Positions 1-18,990 of a stretch of 64,000 nt of DNA are shown here, piece after piece. Position 1 is the first letter of the stretch; each line of letters begins with the position of its first letter. A model generated the notes under the pieces. The model was not told the origin of the DNA and did not search any database. It was given only the letters and a program-made list of their open reading frames with translations. A program made the position numbers and the translations under genes. The stretch is taken from positions 230,228-294,227 of the forward strand of contig JAJFHA010000002.1 in the NCBI GenBank assembly GCA_021775875.1, given 5' to 3'. Origin of the DNA: Hyphomicrobiales bacterium. GTDB lineage: Bacteria > Pseudomonadota > Alphaproteobacteria > Rhizobiales > NORP267.

Positions 1-5235
<5,235 letters not shown>

Positions 5236-5406
5236 GGTGCTTTCTGATCTTCTTTATTATGCTGCGATGCAAAATTTATCTCGCATATGCGAAATTGCAT
5301 TGCTGCCATGCAGCAAAATGTCTTCTTTTTTAATTCAAGATAGCTATCTTTAGCGCAAGTCAACGCGCCTGCAAGAGCGCACCCAAATAAACGAAAGGAC
5401 TGCTAA

Positions 5407-5628
5407 ATGTCAGTTACAACCTATTCAGAAGACAATTATGTTGGTCTTGGTTCCCGCATTGGATCATTCCTCAAGCGGACTTATGCTGCGATGATCCAGG
5501 CTCGTGAAGCCCAGGCACATCGCTATATCGCCCAGCACCTGTCGGTTTTTGACGACCGGACGATTGAAGGCGCAGGGTTTACCCGGGATCAGCTTATGAA
5601 GCGCCCACGCGATTTGGCGTCCTTCTAG
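5407..5628 (+). CDS. Small hypothetical protein, DUF1127-like C-terminus
   Basis: 73 aa with GGA-type RBS (aaaggactgctaaATG). The C-terminal HLSVFDDRTIEGAGFTRDQL resembles the DUF1127 pattern L..L.D..L.D.G..R. Assignment is by eye only. Confidence 0.4.
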   Translation: MSVTTYSEDNYVGLGSRIGSFLKRTYAAMIQAREAQAHRYIAQHLSVFDDRTIEGAGFTRDQLMKRPRDLASF

Positions 5629-5703
5629 GCTCCATATCAGACCTCCATATTTCCTCCCTAATAGGCGGTTCTGGCTGTAAAAGTCAGGGCCGCCTGTTTG
5701 TTT

Positions 5704-6600
5704 TTATCGTACCAATACCAGGGTTGCCCAGTTTTCATTGATCGAGCGGTATTTGAAGCGAAATCCGGCTGCCCGGTAACTGGCCTCAACTTTTGGTGCC
5801 TGGTAGCTAAGAATTCCGGACAGGATCAAGGTTCCGCCGCGAGCAACGCAAGGCCTCATGGCATTTGCCAGACTGATCAACGGGGCGCTCAGGATATTCG
5901 CCATGACCAGATCAAACGGCACGGATTGCCGGATGGCTGGATTTTCAAGCCCGTCGGCCAGTAAGCAATTTACGTCTCGTGCAACCATGTTTAACCGTAC
6001 ATTTTCTTTGGCTACTTCCAGCGCAACAGGGTCGATGTCGGTAGCGAGAACCGGTTTCTTTGTGGCTTTTGCAAAGGCGATCGCCAACACGCCGGAGCCG
6101 CAGCCAAGATCCATGCAATTGCGAAAATGAGTGTGACGGAGTTCGCGGTCCAAAGCAGCGAGGCATCCTGACGTTGTGGCATGATGGCCGGTACCGAATG
6201 CCTGCCCGGCATCGATCTCGATACCGATGGACCCTGACATTGGTTTTTCCCGGTCGTGGCTGCCATGGACGAAAAAGCGTCCAGATTCGACCGGGGCCAG
6301 GTTTTGCAGGGAGAGGGACACCCAGTCGCGGTTCTGCAGTTTTTCAATGTGAACCGATGGCGCAATCCCGATTCTGTTTTTGAATCCGGAAACCAAGCCT
6401 TGCACCCAAGCCGCGTCAGGCTTTTCCGCAAAATTTGCTTCAACGGCCCATTCAGGATCCTCACCAGCGCAAAATGCTGCAACGGCAAGGGGAGCATTGG
6501 TGGCGGTCTCTTCCAGATTTTCAAAAATATCTGAAATCTCTACAGCAATTTCAGGGGAAAGGTCAGTTATGCGTGCCAGCCATTGATTTGCTTGCTGCAT
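5704..6600 (-). CDS. prmA: Ribosomal protein L11 methyltransferase PrmA
   Basis: SAM motif MDLGCGSGVLAIAFAK and C-terminal LILSGIL. Start placed at the internal Met (MQQANQW, 6600) because the 6666 start would overlap the upstream helicase stop by 58 nt. Confidence 0.85.
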   Translation of the reverse strand: MQQANQWLARITDLSPEIAVEISDIFENLEETATNAPLAVAAFCAGEDPEWAVEANFAEKPDAAWVQGLVSGFKNRIGIAPSVHIEKLQNRDWVSLSLQNLAPVESGRFFVHGSHDREKPMSGSIGIEIDAGQAFGTGHHATTSGCLAALDRELRHTHFRNCMDLGCGSGVLAIAFAKATKKPVLATDIDPVALEVAKENVRLNMVARDVNCLLADGLENPAIRQSVPFDLVMANILSAPLISLANAMRPCVARGGTLILSGILSYQAPKVEASYRAAGFRFKYRSINENWATLVLVR

Positions 6601-6607
6601 GATCGGC

Positions 6608-8995
6608 TCAATGCTGCTCGACAAAGGAAGCCAGCACGCGTTTTGTGCCGGCTTTATCAAATTCAACAGTGAGCTTGTCGCCGTCTACGGCCATCACTTC
6701 GCCGTAGCCGAATTTTTGGTGAAAGACGCGATTGCCAAGCATTTGGCTGCTGCCGGACCCGGTATCGCGACCTACAATTTCGCCGTCAATTTGTTTTGGT
6801 CCGCTCCGCGCCATGGGTGTGCGCGGTTGGGCATGCTGCTGTTGGGCGCGTTGCCATCCGGGCGTATTGTAATTGCCGGAAAAATCGGCCGGGTTTCGGT
6901 CGAACCTGCTCTCCACATTGTTGTTGCCCATGGAGGCCCCGTAATTATTCTGGTTCTCCAAAATCTTCACATGGGCCGCCGGGAGTTCATCGAGAAACCG
7001 CGAAGGCAGGGCGGACTGCCAGAGAGCGTGGATGCGCCGGTTCTGGGCAAAGCTGACGCTGGCCATTTTGCGGGCGCGGGTAAGGCCCACATAGGCGAGG
7101 CGGCGTTCTTCTTCGAGACCGGCACGACCGGATTCGTCCAGAGTGCGCTGATGGGGGAAAAGACCTTCTTCCCATCCGGGCAGAAATACGGTGTCGAATT
7201 CCAATCCTTTGGCGGCATGCAGGGTCATTAAATTGACCTTGTCGGTTTCTTCGCTATTGGCTTCGGTGTCCATGACAAGGGAAATATGTTCGAGAAACCC
7301 GGCCAGGTTTTCAAAATCCTGCATCGAGCGGACCAGCTCTTTCAGGTTTTCCAGTCTGCCGGGAGCGTCCGCTGCGCGGTCTTTCTGCCACATTTCCGTA
7401 TAGCCGGATTCGTCCAGCACGATCTCTGCCAGTTCGGTGTGGCTGGAGGTCTCTTTCTGGTTTTGCCAGCGCTCGAACATGGCCATCAGGCTGGCAAGCG
7501 AGCGGCGCGACCGAGTGTTCAGCTCTTCGGTTTCAGCAAGAATTCGGGCGGCATCAAACAGCGATATGGATTGGCTGCGAGCCAGCGCATGAATGACCTT
7601 CAGGGTGGCATCCCCAAGGCCGCGCCGGGGAACGTTTATAATCCGCTCGAATGCCAGATCGTTCGCTGAACTTGAAATGATTTTGAGGTAAGCAAGGGCA
7701 TCGCGGATTTCCTTGCGCTCGTAAAATCGTGGTCCCCCAATGACCCGGTAGGGCAGGCCGAGGGTCACAAAGCGGTCTTCAAATTCGAGCATCTGGAAAC
7801 TGGCACGCACCAGAATGGCGATTTCGTTGAGGTTGTGTTTCTTGCGCTGGAACTGCTCGATATCTTCGCCGATGGCACGGGCTTCTTCTTCACCGTCCCA
7901 GACGCCGCGAACCGCTACCCGTTCGCCATCTTCGCCAACGGAATGCAATTCCTTTCCGAGCCTGCCTTCGTTATGCGAAATCAGGTGGGAGGCGGCTTGC
8001 AGGATATGGGATGTGGAGCGGTAATTGCGCTCCAGCCGAATAATTTTGGCGCCGGGAAAATCTTTGTCGAAGCGCAGGATGTTTTCTACTTCAGCCCCGC
8101 GCCATCCGTAAATTGACTGGTCGTCATCGCCAACGCAGCAGATGTTTTGGGGAAGCGTTTCCCCGTCTTCATCGGTTCTGGTCTGGGCCAGCAATCGTAA
8201 CCACAGATATTGCGCGACATTGGTATCCTGATATTCGTCAACCAGGGTGAAGCGGAACCGGTTTTGATATTCCGCCAGAATATCCGGGTTATCCTGAAAC
8301 AGCCGGATCATTTCCAGCAGCAGATCGCCGAAATCAACTGCGTTCAAAGCTTTCAACCGTGACTGGTAAAGCCCGTAAAGTTCGCCGCCGCGTCCACCCG
8401 CAAACGAGAAGCCATCGCCACCGGATATATCTTTTGGTCGTTGACCACGGTTTTTCCAATTGTCGATCATCCAGGCAAATTGCCGGGCAGGCCAGCGTTT
8501 GTCGTCGATATTCTCAGCGGCCAATACTTGTTTCAAAAGCCTGATCTGGTCATCGGTATCGAGAATTGTGAAATCGCTTTTGAGGTCTACAAGTTCCGCA
8601 TGGCGGCGCAGGATTTTCGCCCCGATCGAATGAAACGTACCAAGCCATGGCATGCCTTCGGCAACGCCACCGATCAACTTGCCGATGCGGTTTTTCATTT
8701 CCCGAGCGGCTTTGTTGGTGAAGGTGACCGCAAGAATTTGCCCAGGGAACGCCCGCCGGGTTGTAAGAATATGTGCGATCCGGGTTGTCAGGACGCGGGT
8801 CTTGCCGGTGCCCGCTCCGGCTAACACAAGCAGGGGGCCATCAAGGGTGGTGGCGGCTTCATATTGTTCCGGATTAAGCCCGTCGAGATACGGGGGCGTA
8901 GCGGCCGCTGCCGCACGCGCAGAGATGCTGCCTGCTGCTGGTTCAGGCGGGTCGGTATCTGGCCGGGGCCATTTTTCCGGGCTTGTGCTGTTCAC
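6608..8995 (-). CDS. uvrD: UvrD/Rep/PcrA-family ATP-dependent DNA helicase (SF1)
   Basis: 795 aa. Walker A AGAGTGKT, VDEYQDTN (motif II), GDDDQSIYGWRGA, NYRST, MTLHAAKGLEFD, VGLTRAR, and a C-terminal Tudor-like FGYGEVMAVDGDKLTVEF. Confidence 0.9.
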   Translation of the reverse strand: MNSTSPEKWPRPDTDPPEPAAGSISARAAAAATPPYLDGLNPEQYEAATTLDGPLLVLAGAGTGKTRVLTTRIAHILTTRRAFPGQILAVTFTNKAAREMKNRIGKLIGGVAEGMPWLGTFHSIGAKILRRHAELVDLKSDFTILDTDDQIRLLKQVLAAENIDDKRWPARQFAWMIDNWKNRGQRPKDISGGDGFSFAGGRGGELYGLYQSRLKALNAVDFGDLLLEMIRLFQDNPDILAEYQNRFRFTLVDEYQDTNVAQYLWLRLLAQTRTDEDGETLPQNICCVGDDDQSIYGWRGAEVENILRFDKDFPGAKIIRLERNYRSTSHILQAASHLISHNEGRLGKELHSVGEDGERVAVRGVWDGEEEARAIGEDIEQFQRKKHNLNEIAILVRASFQMLEFEDRFVTLGLPYRVIGGPRFYERKEIRDALAYLKIISSSANDLAFERIINVPRRGLGDATLKVIHALARSQSISLFDAARILAETEELNTRSRRSLASLMAMFERWQNQKETSSHTELAEIVLDESGYTEMWQKDRAADAPGRLENLKELVRSMQDFENLAGFLEHISLVMDTEANSEETDKVNLMTLHAAKGLEFDTVFLPGWEEGLFPHQRTLDESGRAGLEEERRLAYVGLTRARKMASVSFAQNRRIHALWQSALPSRFLDELPAAHVKILENQNNYGASMGNNNVESRFDRNPADFSGNYNTPGWQRAQQQHAQPRTPMARSGPKQIDGEIVGRDTGSGSSQMLGNRVFHQKFGYGEVMAVDGDKLTVEFDKAGTKRVLASFVEQH

Positions 8996-9095
8996 AATAA
9001 CGAATCTGATCTCAAGAGAATCTGGATATGGCCTGTTTTATAGCACTGGAATGCAAGGGTCTGTCGATTGGTTTGATTTTGTTGCAAATCGCAAC

Positions 9096-9139
9096 TTGAC
9101 AAGTTTGACATCAAACTATAAATAGTTCGATATCAAACT
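9096..9139 (+). promoter_or_regulatory. Candidate sigma70-type promoter with two tandem palindromic operators upstream of the nitroreductase-marR operon
   Basis: TTGACA at 9096-9101 and TATAAA/ATAAAT around 9117-9123. Palindrome AGTTTGA-CA-TCAAACT (9102-9117) fills the -35/-10 spacer. A second near-copy AGTTCGA-TA-TCAAACT lies at 9124-9139, 22 bp centre to centre. Confidence 0.4.
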
Positions 9140-9167
9140 AACTGTACGTCAATCAGGAGAGATTGAA

Positions 9168-10322
9168 ATGGCCGTATCACGGAGACAGGTTTTAAAAATC
9201 ATTGGCTCGGGCGTTGTCATTACGGCAGCAGGTGTTGGCGGATTTGCGTTGACACGGGCACCAACGGTAGCGCTGGCCCCATGGGGTGCGGCATCGCGAA
9301 TTGAAGGCGATGTGCGTATCAAAGCGCTTGCCCATGCCATTCTCGCGCCCAACCCGCATAATCGCCAGCCCTGGCTGGTAGATCTGGATACGCCTAGCGA
9401 AGCTACGCTGTATTGCCAGCTCGATCGCCGATTGCCAGAGACCGACCCGTTCGATCGACAAATTACCATTGGCCTTGGTTGTTTTTTGGAATTGATGCGA
9501 ATGGCAGCAGCGGAAATGGGCTATCAGTTGGAAGCCACGCCTTTCCCGGAAGGCTCAACAGGCGCGCGGCTGGACGCCAAGCCAATCGCCCATATCAAGT
9601 TTATCGAAGATCCTGATGTTGCGACCGATCCGTTGTTTCGGCAGATATTTGTACGCCGGACCAACCGGGAATTATTCGACATGGCCCAACCGATAAGTGC
9701 CAACCATATTTCGGCACTTGAAGGAATTGGGGACGGAGATGCCGCACTTATTGGCAATAACGACGCGGCGAAGCTTGATGAGATGCGTGCTCTCACATCG
9801 TCCGCGTTTCAGATCGAGATTGATACGCCGCGAACCTATATGGAAAGTGTTCATCTGATGCGGATTGGGAAAGCCGAAATCAACGCCAACCCGGATGGTA
9901 TTTCTCTACGCGGGGTGATGATAGAAGGGCTTTATGGTGCGGGTATAGTGTCCCGGGACATGCTGTCGGATCTGGATGATCCCAATAACCGGGCAGTTAT
10001 TGCTGATATGCGGAAGGCAATTGAAAGCGCAATGGGGCATTTCTGGATCACTACACCGGATGACAGCCGTATTAGCCAACTGGAAGCCGGCAGGGTCTAT
10101 GTTCGCGCCAATTTGAAGGTCGCTGAAATGGGTCTGGCCATGCAACCACTTAGCCAAGCTTTGCAGGAATATCCTGAAATGGACGGACATTATTCTGATC
10201 TGCACAATATGCTTGGCGTGGCATTTCCGAACAGGGTGCAAATGCTGGTGCGCCTTGGATATGCCGATGAGACTTGGCCAAGTCCGCGCTGGCCGGTTGA
10301 GTCCAGGATCATTACCCATTGA
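9168..10322 (+). CDS. Tat-exported nitroreductase-family (Acg-like, double nitroreductase fold) protein
   Basis: 384 aa. Twin-arginine leader MAVSRRQVLKIIGSGVVITAAGVGGFAL. PNPHNRQPW and RRTNRELF motifs typical of nitroreductase-like folds. AGGAGA RBS at 9155-9160. Confidence 0.7.
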   Translation: MAVSRRQVLKIIGSGVVITAAGVGGFALTRAPTVALAPWGAASRIEGDVRIKALAHAILAPNPHNRQPWLVDLDTPSEATLYCQLDRRLPETDPFDRQITIGLGCFLELMRMAAAEMGYQLEATPFPEGSTGARLDAKPIAHIKFIEDPDVATDPLFRQIFVRRTNRELFDMAQPISANHISALEGIGDGDAALIGNNDAAKLDEMRALTSSAFQIEIDTPRTYMESVHLMRIGKAEINANPDGISLRGVMIEGLYGAGIVSRDMLSDLDDPNNRAVIADMRKAIESAMGHFWITTPDDSRISQLEAGRVYVRANLKVAEMGLAMQPLSQALQEYPEMDGHYSDLHNMLGVAFPNRVQMLVRLGYADETWPSPRWPVESRIITH

Positions 10323-10768
10323 GTGCCAGGGACACTGATCCGCTGGTCTATCGGTTCTTTACCGAAGTCGGCATTATCGAGCAGCTTGTCCGCAACAAGC
10401 TTGAGCAGGAATTGCCCGAAGGGATCACCATGGCGCAATTCACGGTGCTGCAACATTTTGCGCGACAGGGGGGTGAGAAAACGCCCCTCAACCTGGCACG
10501 TGCAATGCAGGTCACCAAAGGAACCATGACCAATACGATTCAGCGGTTGGAAGCGCAGGAATTGATCAAGATCAGGCCAGATCCGTCAGATGGGCGCGGT
10601 AAGTTGGTCAGTTTAACCTTGAAGGGGCGAAATTTGAGAGACCATGCCGTGGACCAGCTTGCGCCGGAACTTAAACGGTTCGCCATTGCTTTTGGTGAAA
10701 GTTCAATTGAAGACGCGTTGCCTTTTCTACAAAAAGTACGCACTTTTCTGGACGAAGACCGGAATTAG
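10319..10768 (+). CDS. MarR-family transcriptional regulator
   Basis: 149 aa. Winged-HTH region ITMAQFTVLQHFARQG...LARAMQVTKGTMTNTIQRLEAQELIKIRPDPSDGRGKLVSLT. TTG start overlaps the upstream stop (TTGA). Confidence 0.85.
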   Translation: MSARDTDPLVYRFFTEVGIIEQLVRNKLEQELPEGITMAQFTVLQHFARQGGEKTPLNLARAMQVTKGTMTNTIQRLEAQELIKIRPDPSDGRGKLVSLTLKGRNLRDHAVDQLAPELKRFAIAFGESSIEDALPFLQKVRTFLDEDRN

Positions 10769-10783
10769 ATCGAGGCTAAATGG

Positions 10784-12418
10784 TCAGCTATGTTCTTCAT
10801 GGCTGGCACGAATAAGGGCCGTATTGTAAGTCTCCAGCGCGTCTACATGAACCGCCCAACCGACAAACTTATCCGCATTGCCTCTAGCAAAAACTGGTAC
10901 CCTTGAGTGGCCCGCTGCGTCGATTGTGCGCAACGCCGTTTCCAGGGAATCGCTCCTCAACAGCCAATTGGTACTGGTCTCCAGATTGATCTCTGGCGGG
11001 GCTTCGTCAGCCTTGGCGGGGCGTAGAAAATCACGCACCCGGATGCTGTTTAACAAGGCATTTTGCTTGCCTTCATGGAGGAACAAACCACGCATGGCCA
11101 ATTGCCATTTGAAGAAGGAACCGGAAAACACCAATTGGGTCAGCGCATAGCTGATTGAAACGGTCACCAGTAAGGCGACCGACATGGCGAGGCCGCCGGT
11201 CAACTCAAACACGATCAGGATTGTGGATAGCGGTGCCCCCAACACGGAGCCCGCGATTGCGCCCATACCGAGAATGGCGTAGAGGCCATTGCTCGACGCC
11301 ATTTCCGGGTAGGCGCTGGCCGCAATATAGCCAAAGGCGCTGCCGGTCATCGCACCAATATAGAGTGACGGACTGAAGATGCCGCCACCAAAACGGCTGG
11401 CGAGTGTTATGGCGGTTGCGGCGCTTTTTGCGGCAACAAACAGGATCAGCATTAGAAACGGAATTTGCTGATGCAGGGCCTTGTCTGTGGCTTCATATCC
11501 AACACCTAGCACTTCCGGAATCCAAAGCGCGATTACGCCAATCATCAGGCCGCCGATGACTGGACGGGTCCAAAGCGGGACGACGATATTCCGGGCCGTC
11601 TTGTCGGCGATCACAATGCCGTACTGGAACAGGATAGCGACAATGGCGCAGGTCAGGCCCAGCAAGGCGAAGGCCGGAAATTCCCAATAGGATGTGATCT
11701 GGTAGGAAGGGATGATAAAGGCCGGGAAATCCCCGAACCACAATCTCGAAATGATCGCGGCGGTGGCGCTTGAAATAGCGATTGGGATAAAAGCCGCGCG
11801 CGAATAATGCCCCAACACAATTTCATGGGCGAACACGACACCCGCGAGCGGTGCGTTGAACGATGCCGAAACGGCTGCCGCCGCGCCGCAGGACAAGATA
11901 ATGCGCCGGGCTGCGATGGTCAGAGTGAACATGCGCCCGACCGCAGATGCCAGCGTAGCGCCAAGATGCACCACCGGGCCTTCGCGGCCAGCGCTGGCGC
12001 CGCCGCCCAGCGAAATCGCGGTAACGACAGCGCTTGTTAATCCAGCTCGAAGCGAGATTTCTCCGCCCTGCATCATCTGTGCTTCGATAACGTCAGCGAC
12101 GCCTTCGGCGCGGCGAGACGGCATCAGCCATTGTAAAATTATACCGACCACTAGCCCGGCCAGGGCCGGGGCCAGCAAAATGGTCCACCAGGGCAGTGCG
12201 CGGGCAATGTCTAGAATTGTTTCCGACATTGTGCCAAGCCAGAGAAGCTGGGTGCCTGAAATTGCAAACCGGAACAGGATTGCGGCGCCAGCGCATGCCA
12301 GCCCGAGAATGATTGCCAGCCCCCAGAGCAACGCCCAGCGCTCGCCGCGAAATTGCTGCAGGTTGAGAGTCACCTGTCCGCTCAGAAATGAGGTGATCCG
12401 GGAGGAAAATTGGAACAT
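10784..12418 (-). CDS. ClC-family voltage-gated chloride channel / H+-Cl- antiporter with C-terminal CBS region
   Basis: 544 aa, polytopic. Selectivity motifs GREGPVVHLG, GVVFAHE and GAPLSTILIVFELTG. Confidence 0.9.
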   Translation of the reverse strand: MFQFSSRITSFLSGQVTLNLQQFRGERWALLWGLAIILGLACAGAAILFRFAISGTQLLWLGTMSETILDIARALPWWTILLAPALAGLVVGIILQWLMPSRRAEGVADVIEAQMMQGGEISLRAGLTSAVVTAISLGGGASAGREGPVVHLGATLASAVGRMFTLTIAARRIILSCGAAAAVSASFNAPLAGVVFAHEIVLGHYSRAAFIPIAISSATAAIISRLWFGDFPAFIIPSYQITSYWEFPAFALLGLTCAIVAILFQYGIVIADKTARNIVVPLWTRPVIGGLMIGVIALWIPEVLGVGYEATDKALHQQIPFLMLILFVAAKSAATAITLASRFGGGIFSPSLYIGAMTGSAFGYIAASAYPEMASSNGLYAILGMGAIAGSVLGAPLSTILIVFELTGGLAMSVALLVTVSISYALTQLVFSGSFFKWQLAMRGLFLHEGKQNALLNSIRVRDFLRPAKADEAPPEINLETSTNWLLRSDSLETALRTIDAAGHSRVPVFARGNADKFVGWAVHVDALETYNTALIRASHEEHS

Positions 12419-12424
12419 TGTTGA

Positions 12425-12913
12425 TCAGGTCGATTTTTTAGGAATGCCGATAACATGCCCGACCTGGGGTTTGCGGCCCAAAACCTTGTGAGCAGTATGC
12501 ATGCCTTCAATGCGGGATAAAATATCGCGCGGAAAGGGCGCGGACTTCTTTACAGTCATGTCCACATGCATGGATATGTTTTCAGAAGTTGCGGCCAGAA
12601 AATTCTCTTCGGCGTGATAAATTTCCTGAAAACAATGTAACCGCTTTTCGTCATAATCGAGCAATTGCGTGGTTACCCGCAAAGGGGCGTCAAGTTTCAG
12701 TTCCTGGAGATATGTTACATGCGCTTCCAGGGTAAAATAGGAGGCATTGGCTTGGTTGAGATATTCAATTCCCAATCCCAGTAATTCAACTGCCTCGTCT
12801 ATGCCGCGATCAAAAATAACATTGTAAAATGCCATATTGAGATGCCCGTTATAGTCGATCCAGTCCTTTTCGACCCGCTGCAATGATGATGTGAATGGTG
12901 CCTCAATTGTCAT
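12425..12913 (-). CDS. Hotdog-fold acyl-CoA thioesterase (4HBT/YbgC-like)
   Basis: VEKDWIDYNGHLNMAFYNVIFD is typical of 4HBT thioesterases. Start placed at Met37 (MTIEAPF) behind GGTGGA. The 36-codon upstream extension has no support. Confidence 0.7.
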   Translation of the reverse strand: MTIEAPFTSSLQRVEKDWIDYNGHLNMAFYNVIFDRGIDEAVELLGLGIEYLNQANASYFTLEAHVTYLQELKLDAPLRVTTQLLDYDEKRLHCFQEIYHAEENFLAATSENISMHVDMTVKKSAPFPRDILSRIEGMHTAHKVLGRKPQVGHVIGIPKKST

Positions 12914-13114
12914 AGTTTCCACCGCCCCTCCCTTGAACAAATTTTGGTGAAGTCTGGCACATTGCGGTGCATATTCCAACGCACCGTGTTTAGGTAGCAA
13001 TGTTTGTACAGTCGGGATCATGAATTTGGGTGTTGGTCTCGTATTCTCGGAAACAAGAGGCTAGGGTGGCATGAAGCCAAATGCCTCGAATGTGGAATTT
13101 AGGAGACACCATTA

Positions 13115-14512
13115 ATGGAAGCCCGGCAGGAAAAAAATGAAAACGCGGTTGGCGAAGCAATAGCGGTACTGACCCAGCGTTTTGGCGACCGGGTATCGAC
13201 AGCCCAGGCGATGCGCGAGCAGCACGGTCACACTACGACATATCATAAGAATTTACCGCCGGATGCGGTTGTATTCGCGCATAGCACCGAAGAAGTAGCG
13301 GAAATTGTTCGGGTTTGCGCCACCCGTGATGTGCCGATCATCCCTTTTGGCGCCGGGTCTTCACTTGAAGGCCAATTGAATGCGCCTTTTGGTGGAATTT
13401 CCATTGATCTCAGCCAGATGGATAAAATTCTTTCAGTAAATGCCGAGGATCTGGATTGCACTGTTCAGGCTGGCGTGACGCGGGTCGAACTCAATGAATA
13501 TTTGCGCGATACCGGATTGTTCTTCCCGATTGACCCTGGCGCTAATGCCAGCATTGGCGGTATGGCCAGTACCCGCGCGTCGGGCACCAATGCGGTGCGC
13601 TATGGCACCATGCGCGAAGTAGTTATGGGGGTTACAGTTGTGATGGCCGATGGACGGATTGTAAGGACCGCACGCCGGGCTAAAAAATCTTCCGCAGGCT
13701 ATGACCTGACCCGGCTGATGGTCGGGTCCGAAGGCACCCTTGGTATCATGACTGAAATCACCCTGAAGCTGTTTGGTATTCCTGAAGTGATAGCTGCTGC
13801 GGTCTGCTCGTTCGATACGCTGGAAGGCGCGTGTGATGCCACCATCATGACCATTCAAACCGGAATTCCAGTTGCCCGGATAGAATTGCTTGATGAAGTG
13901 ATGGTGCGCGGCAGCAACGCTTATTCCCATCTAGATTTGGCTGAAAAACCCACTTTGTTCCTGGAATTTCACGGCAGCGAAGCCTCCGTCAAAGAACAAT
14001 CCGAACGGTTTGCTGAAATCGCGTCGGAATTTGGCGGTAGCGATTTTGACTGGGCGACCCGCGCCGAAGACCGGACCAAACTCTGGACCGCGCGCCACGA
14101 CGCTTTTTGGGCCGCCAAACAGATGGCACCCGGCAAGGAAGGTGTCGCTAGCGATGTTTGTGTGCCAATCTCCAGACTCGCTGAATGCGTCATGGAAACC
14201 AAGGCCGATATCGATGCGAGCGGCCTGATCGGGCCGATCGTCGGCCATGTGGGGGATGGGAATTTCCATGCTTCCCTGATGGTAGACCCGGGCGACAAGG
14301 AAGAAACGGCCAAGGCGCAAGGCATTCTCGACCGGATGGTCGAGCGGGCGCTGGCCATGGATGGCACTTGCACCGGGGAACACGGTATCGGCCAGGGCAA
14401 GATCAAGTTTCTGGATGCGGAACACGGCCCTGGGGTCGATGTGATGAAGGCGATCAAGGTGGCGCTTGATCCACAGAATATTTTCAACCCGGGAAAAATT
14501 TTTCCAGTCTGA
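13115..14512 (+). CDS. FAD-linked oxidase (D-lactate/glycolate dehydrogenase, GlcD/DLD family)
   Basis: 465 aa. FAD_binding_4 region IIPFGAGSSLEGQ and C-terminal GTCTGEHGIGQGK...DPQNIFNPGK. Confidence 0.85.
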   Translation: MEARQEKNENAVGEAIAVLTQRFGDRVSTAQAMREQHGHTTTYHKNLPPDAVVFAHSTEEVAEIVRVCATRDVPIIPFGAGSSLEGQLNAPFGGISIDLSQMDKILSVNAEDLDCTVQAGVTRVELNEYLRDTGLFFPIDPGANASIGGMASTRASGTNAVRYGTMREVVMGVTVVMADGRIVRTARRAKKSSAGYDLTRLMVGSEGTLGIMTEITLKLFGIPEVIAAAVCSFDTLEGACDATIMTIQTGIPVARIELLDEVMVRGSNAYSHLDLAEKPTLFLEFHGSEASVKEQSERFAEIASEFGGSDFDWATRAEDRTKLWTARHDAFWAAKQMAPGKEGVASDVCVPISRLAECVMETKADIDASGLIGPIVGHVGDGNFHASLMVDPGDKEETAKAQGILDRMVERALAMDGTCTGEHGIGQGKIKFLDAEHGPGVDVMKAIKVALDPQNIFNPGKIFPV

Positions 14513-14567
14513 TTTCTGACACGGGGCTGGTGCGGCGGACGGTTATTTTGTTGGGTAAGGCGTTGAG

Positions 14568-18733
<4,166 letters not shown>

Positions 18734-18737
<4 letters not shown>

Positions 18738-18982
18738 CCGCCGGATTCTTCAAGCTTTTTTTGCAAAGACTTGAGAATAAATATCCTGATCGACGAGGAT
18801 AAATTCGCGCCGGGCCGTGCCGCATCGATTTCGCCGACCAACTGGTTTACCGAGATGTTGCGGCTTTTGGCATTTGCCTTCAATTCCAGCCAAAAGGCGT
18901 TTTCAAGAGCGATGCTGGTCGCGTGGCCGTTGATAATGACCGAACGCTTTTTGACGGAAATGTCTTCTCTCGCCTCGCTCAT
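18734..18982 (-). CDS. Small ribbon-helix-helix domain protein (RHH_4-like)
   Basis: 82 aa. KRSVIINGHATSIALENAFWLELK...NISVNQLVGEID. Sits 8 nt downstream of fumC on the same strand. Its stop overlaps the asmA-like stop convergently. Confidence 0.55.
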
Positions 18983-18990
18983 GAAAAATC

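Noticed and set aside
6599-7231. 210-aa plus-strand ORF inside uvrD, and the similar 11856..12491 ORF inside the ClC gene
   Set aside because: Antisense shadow ORFs within motif-complete genes.
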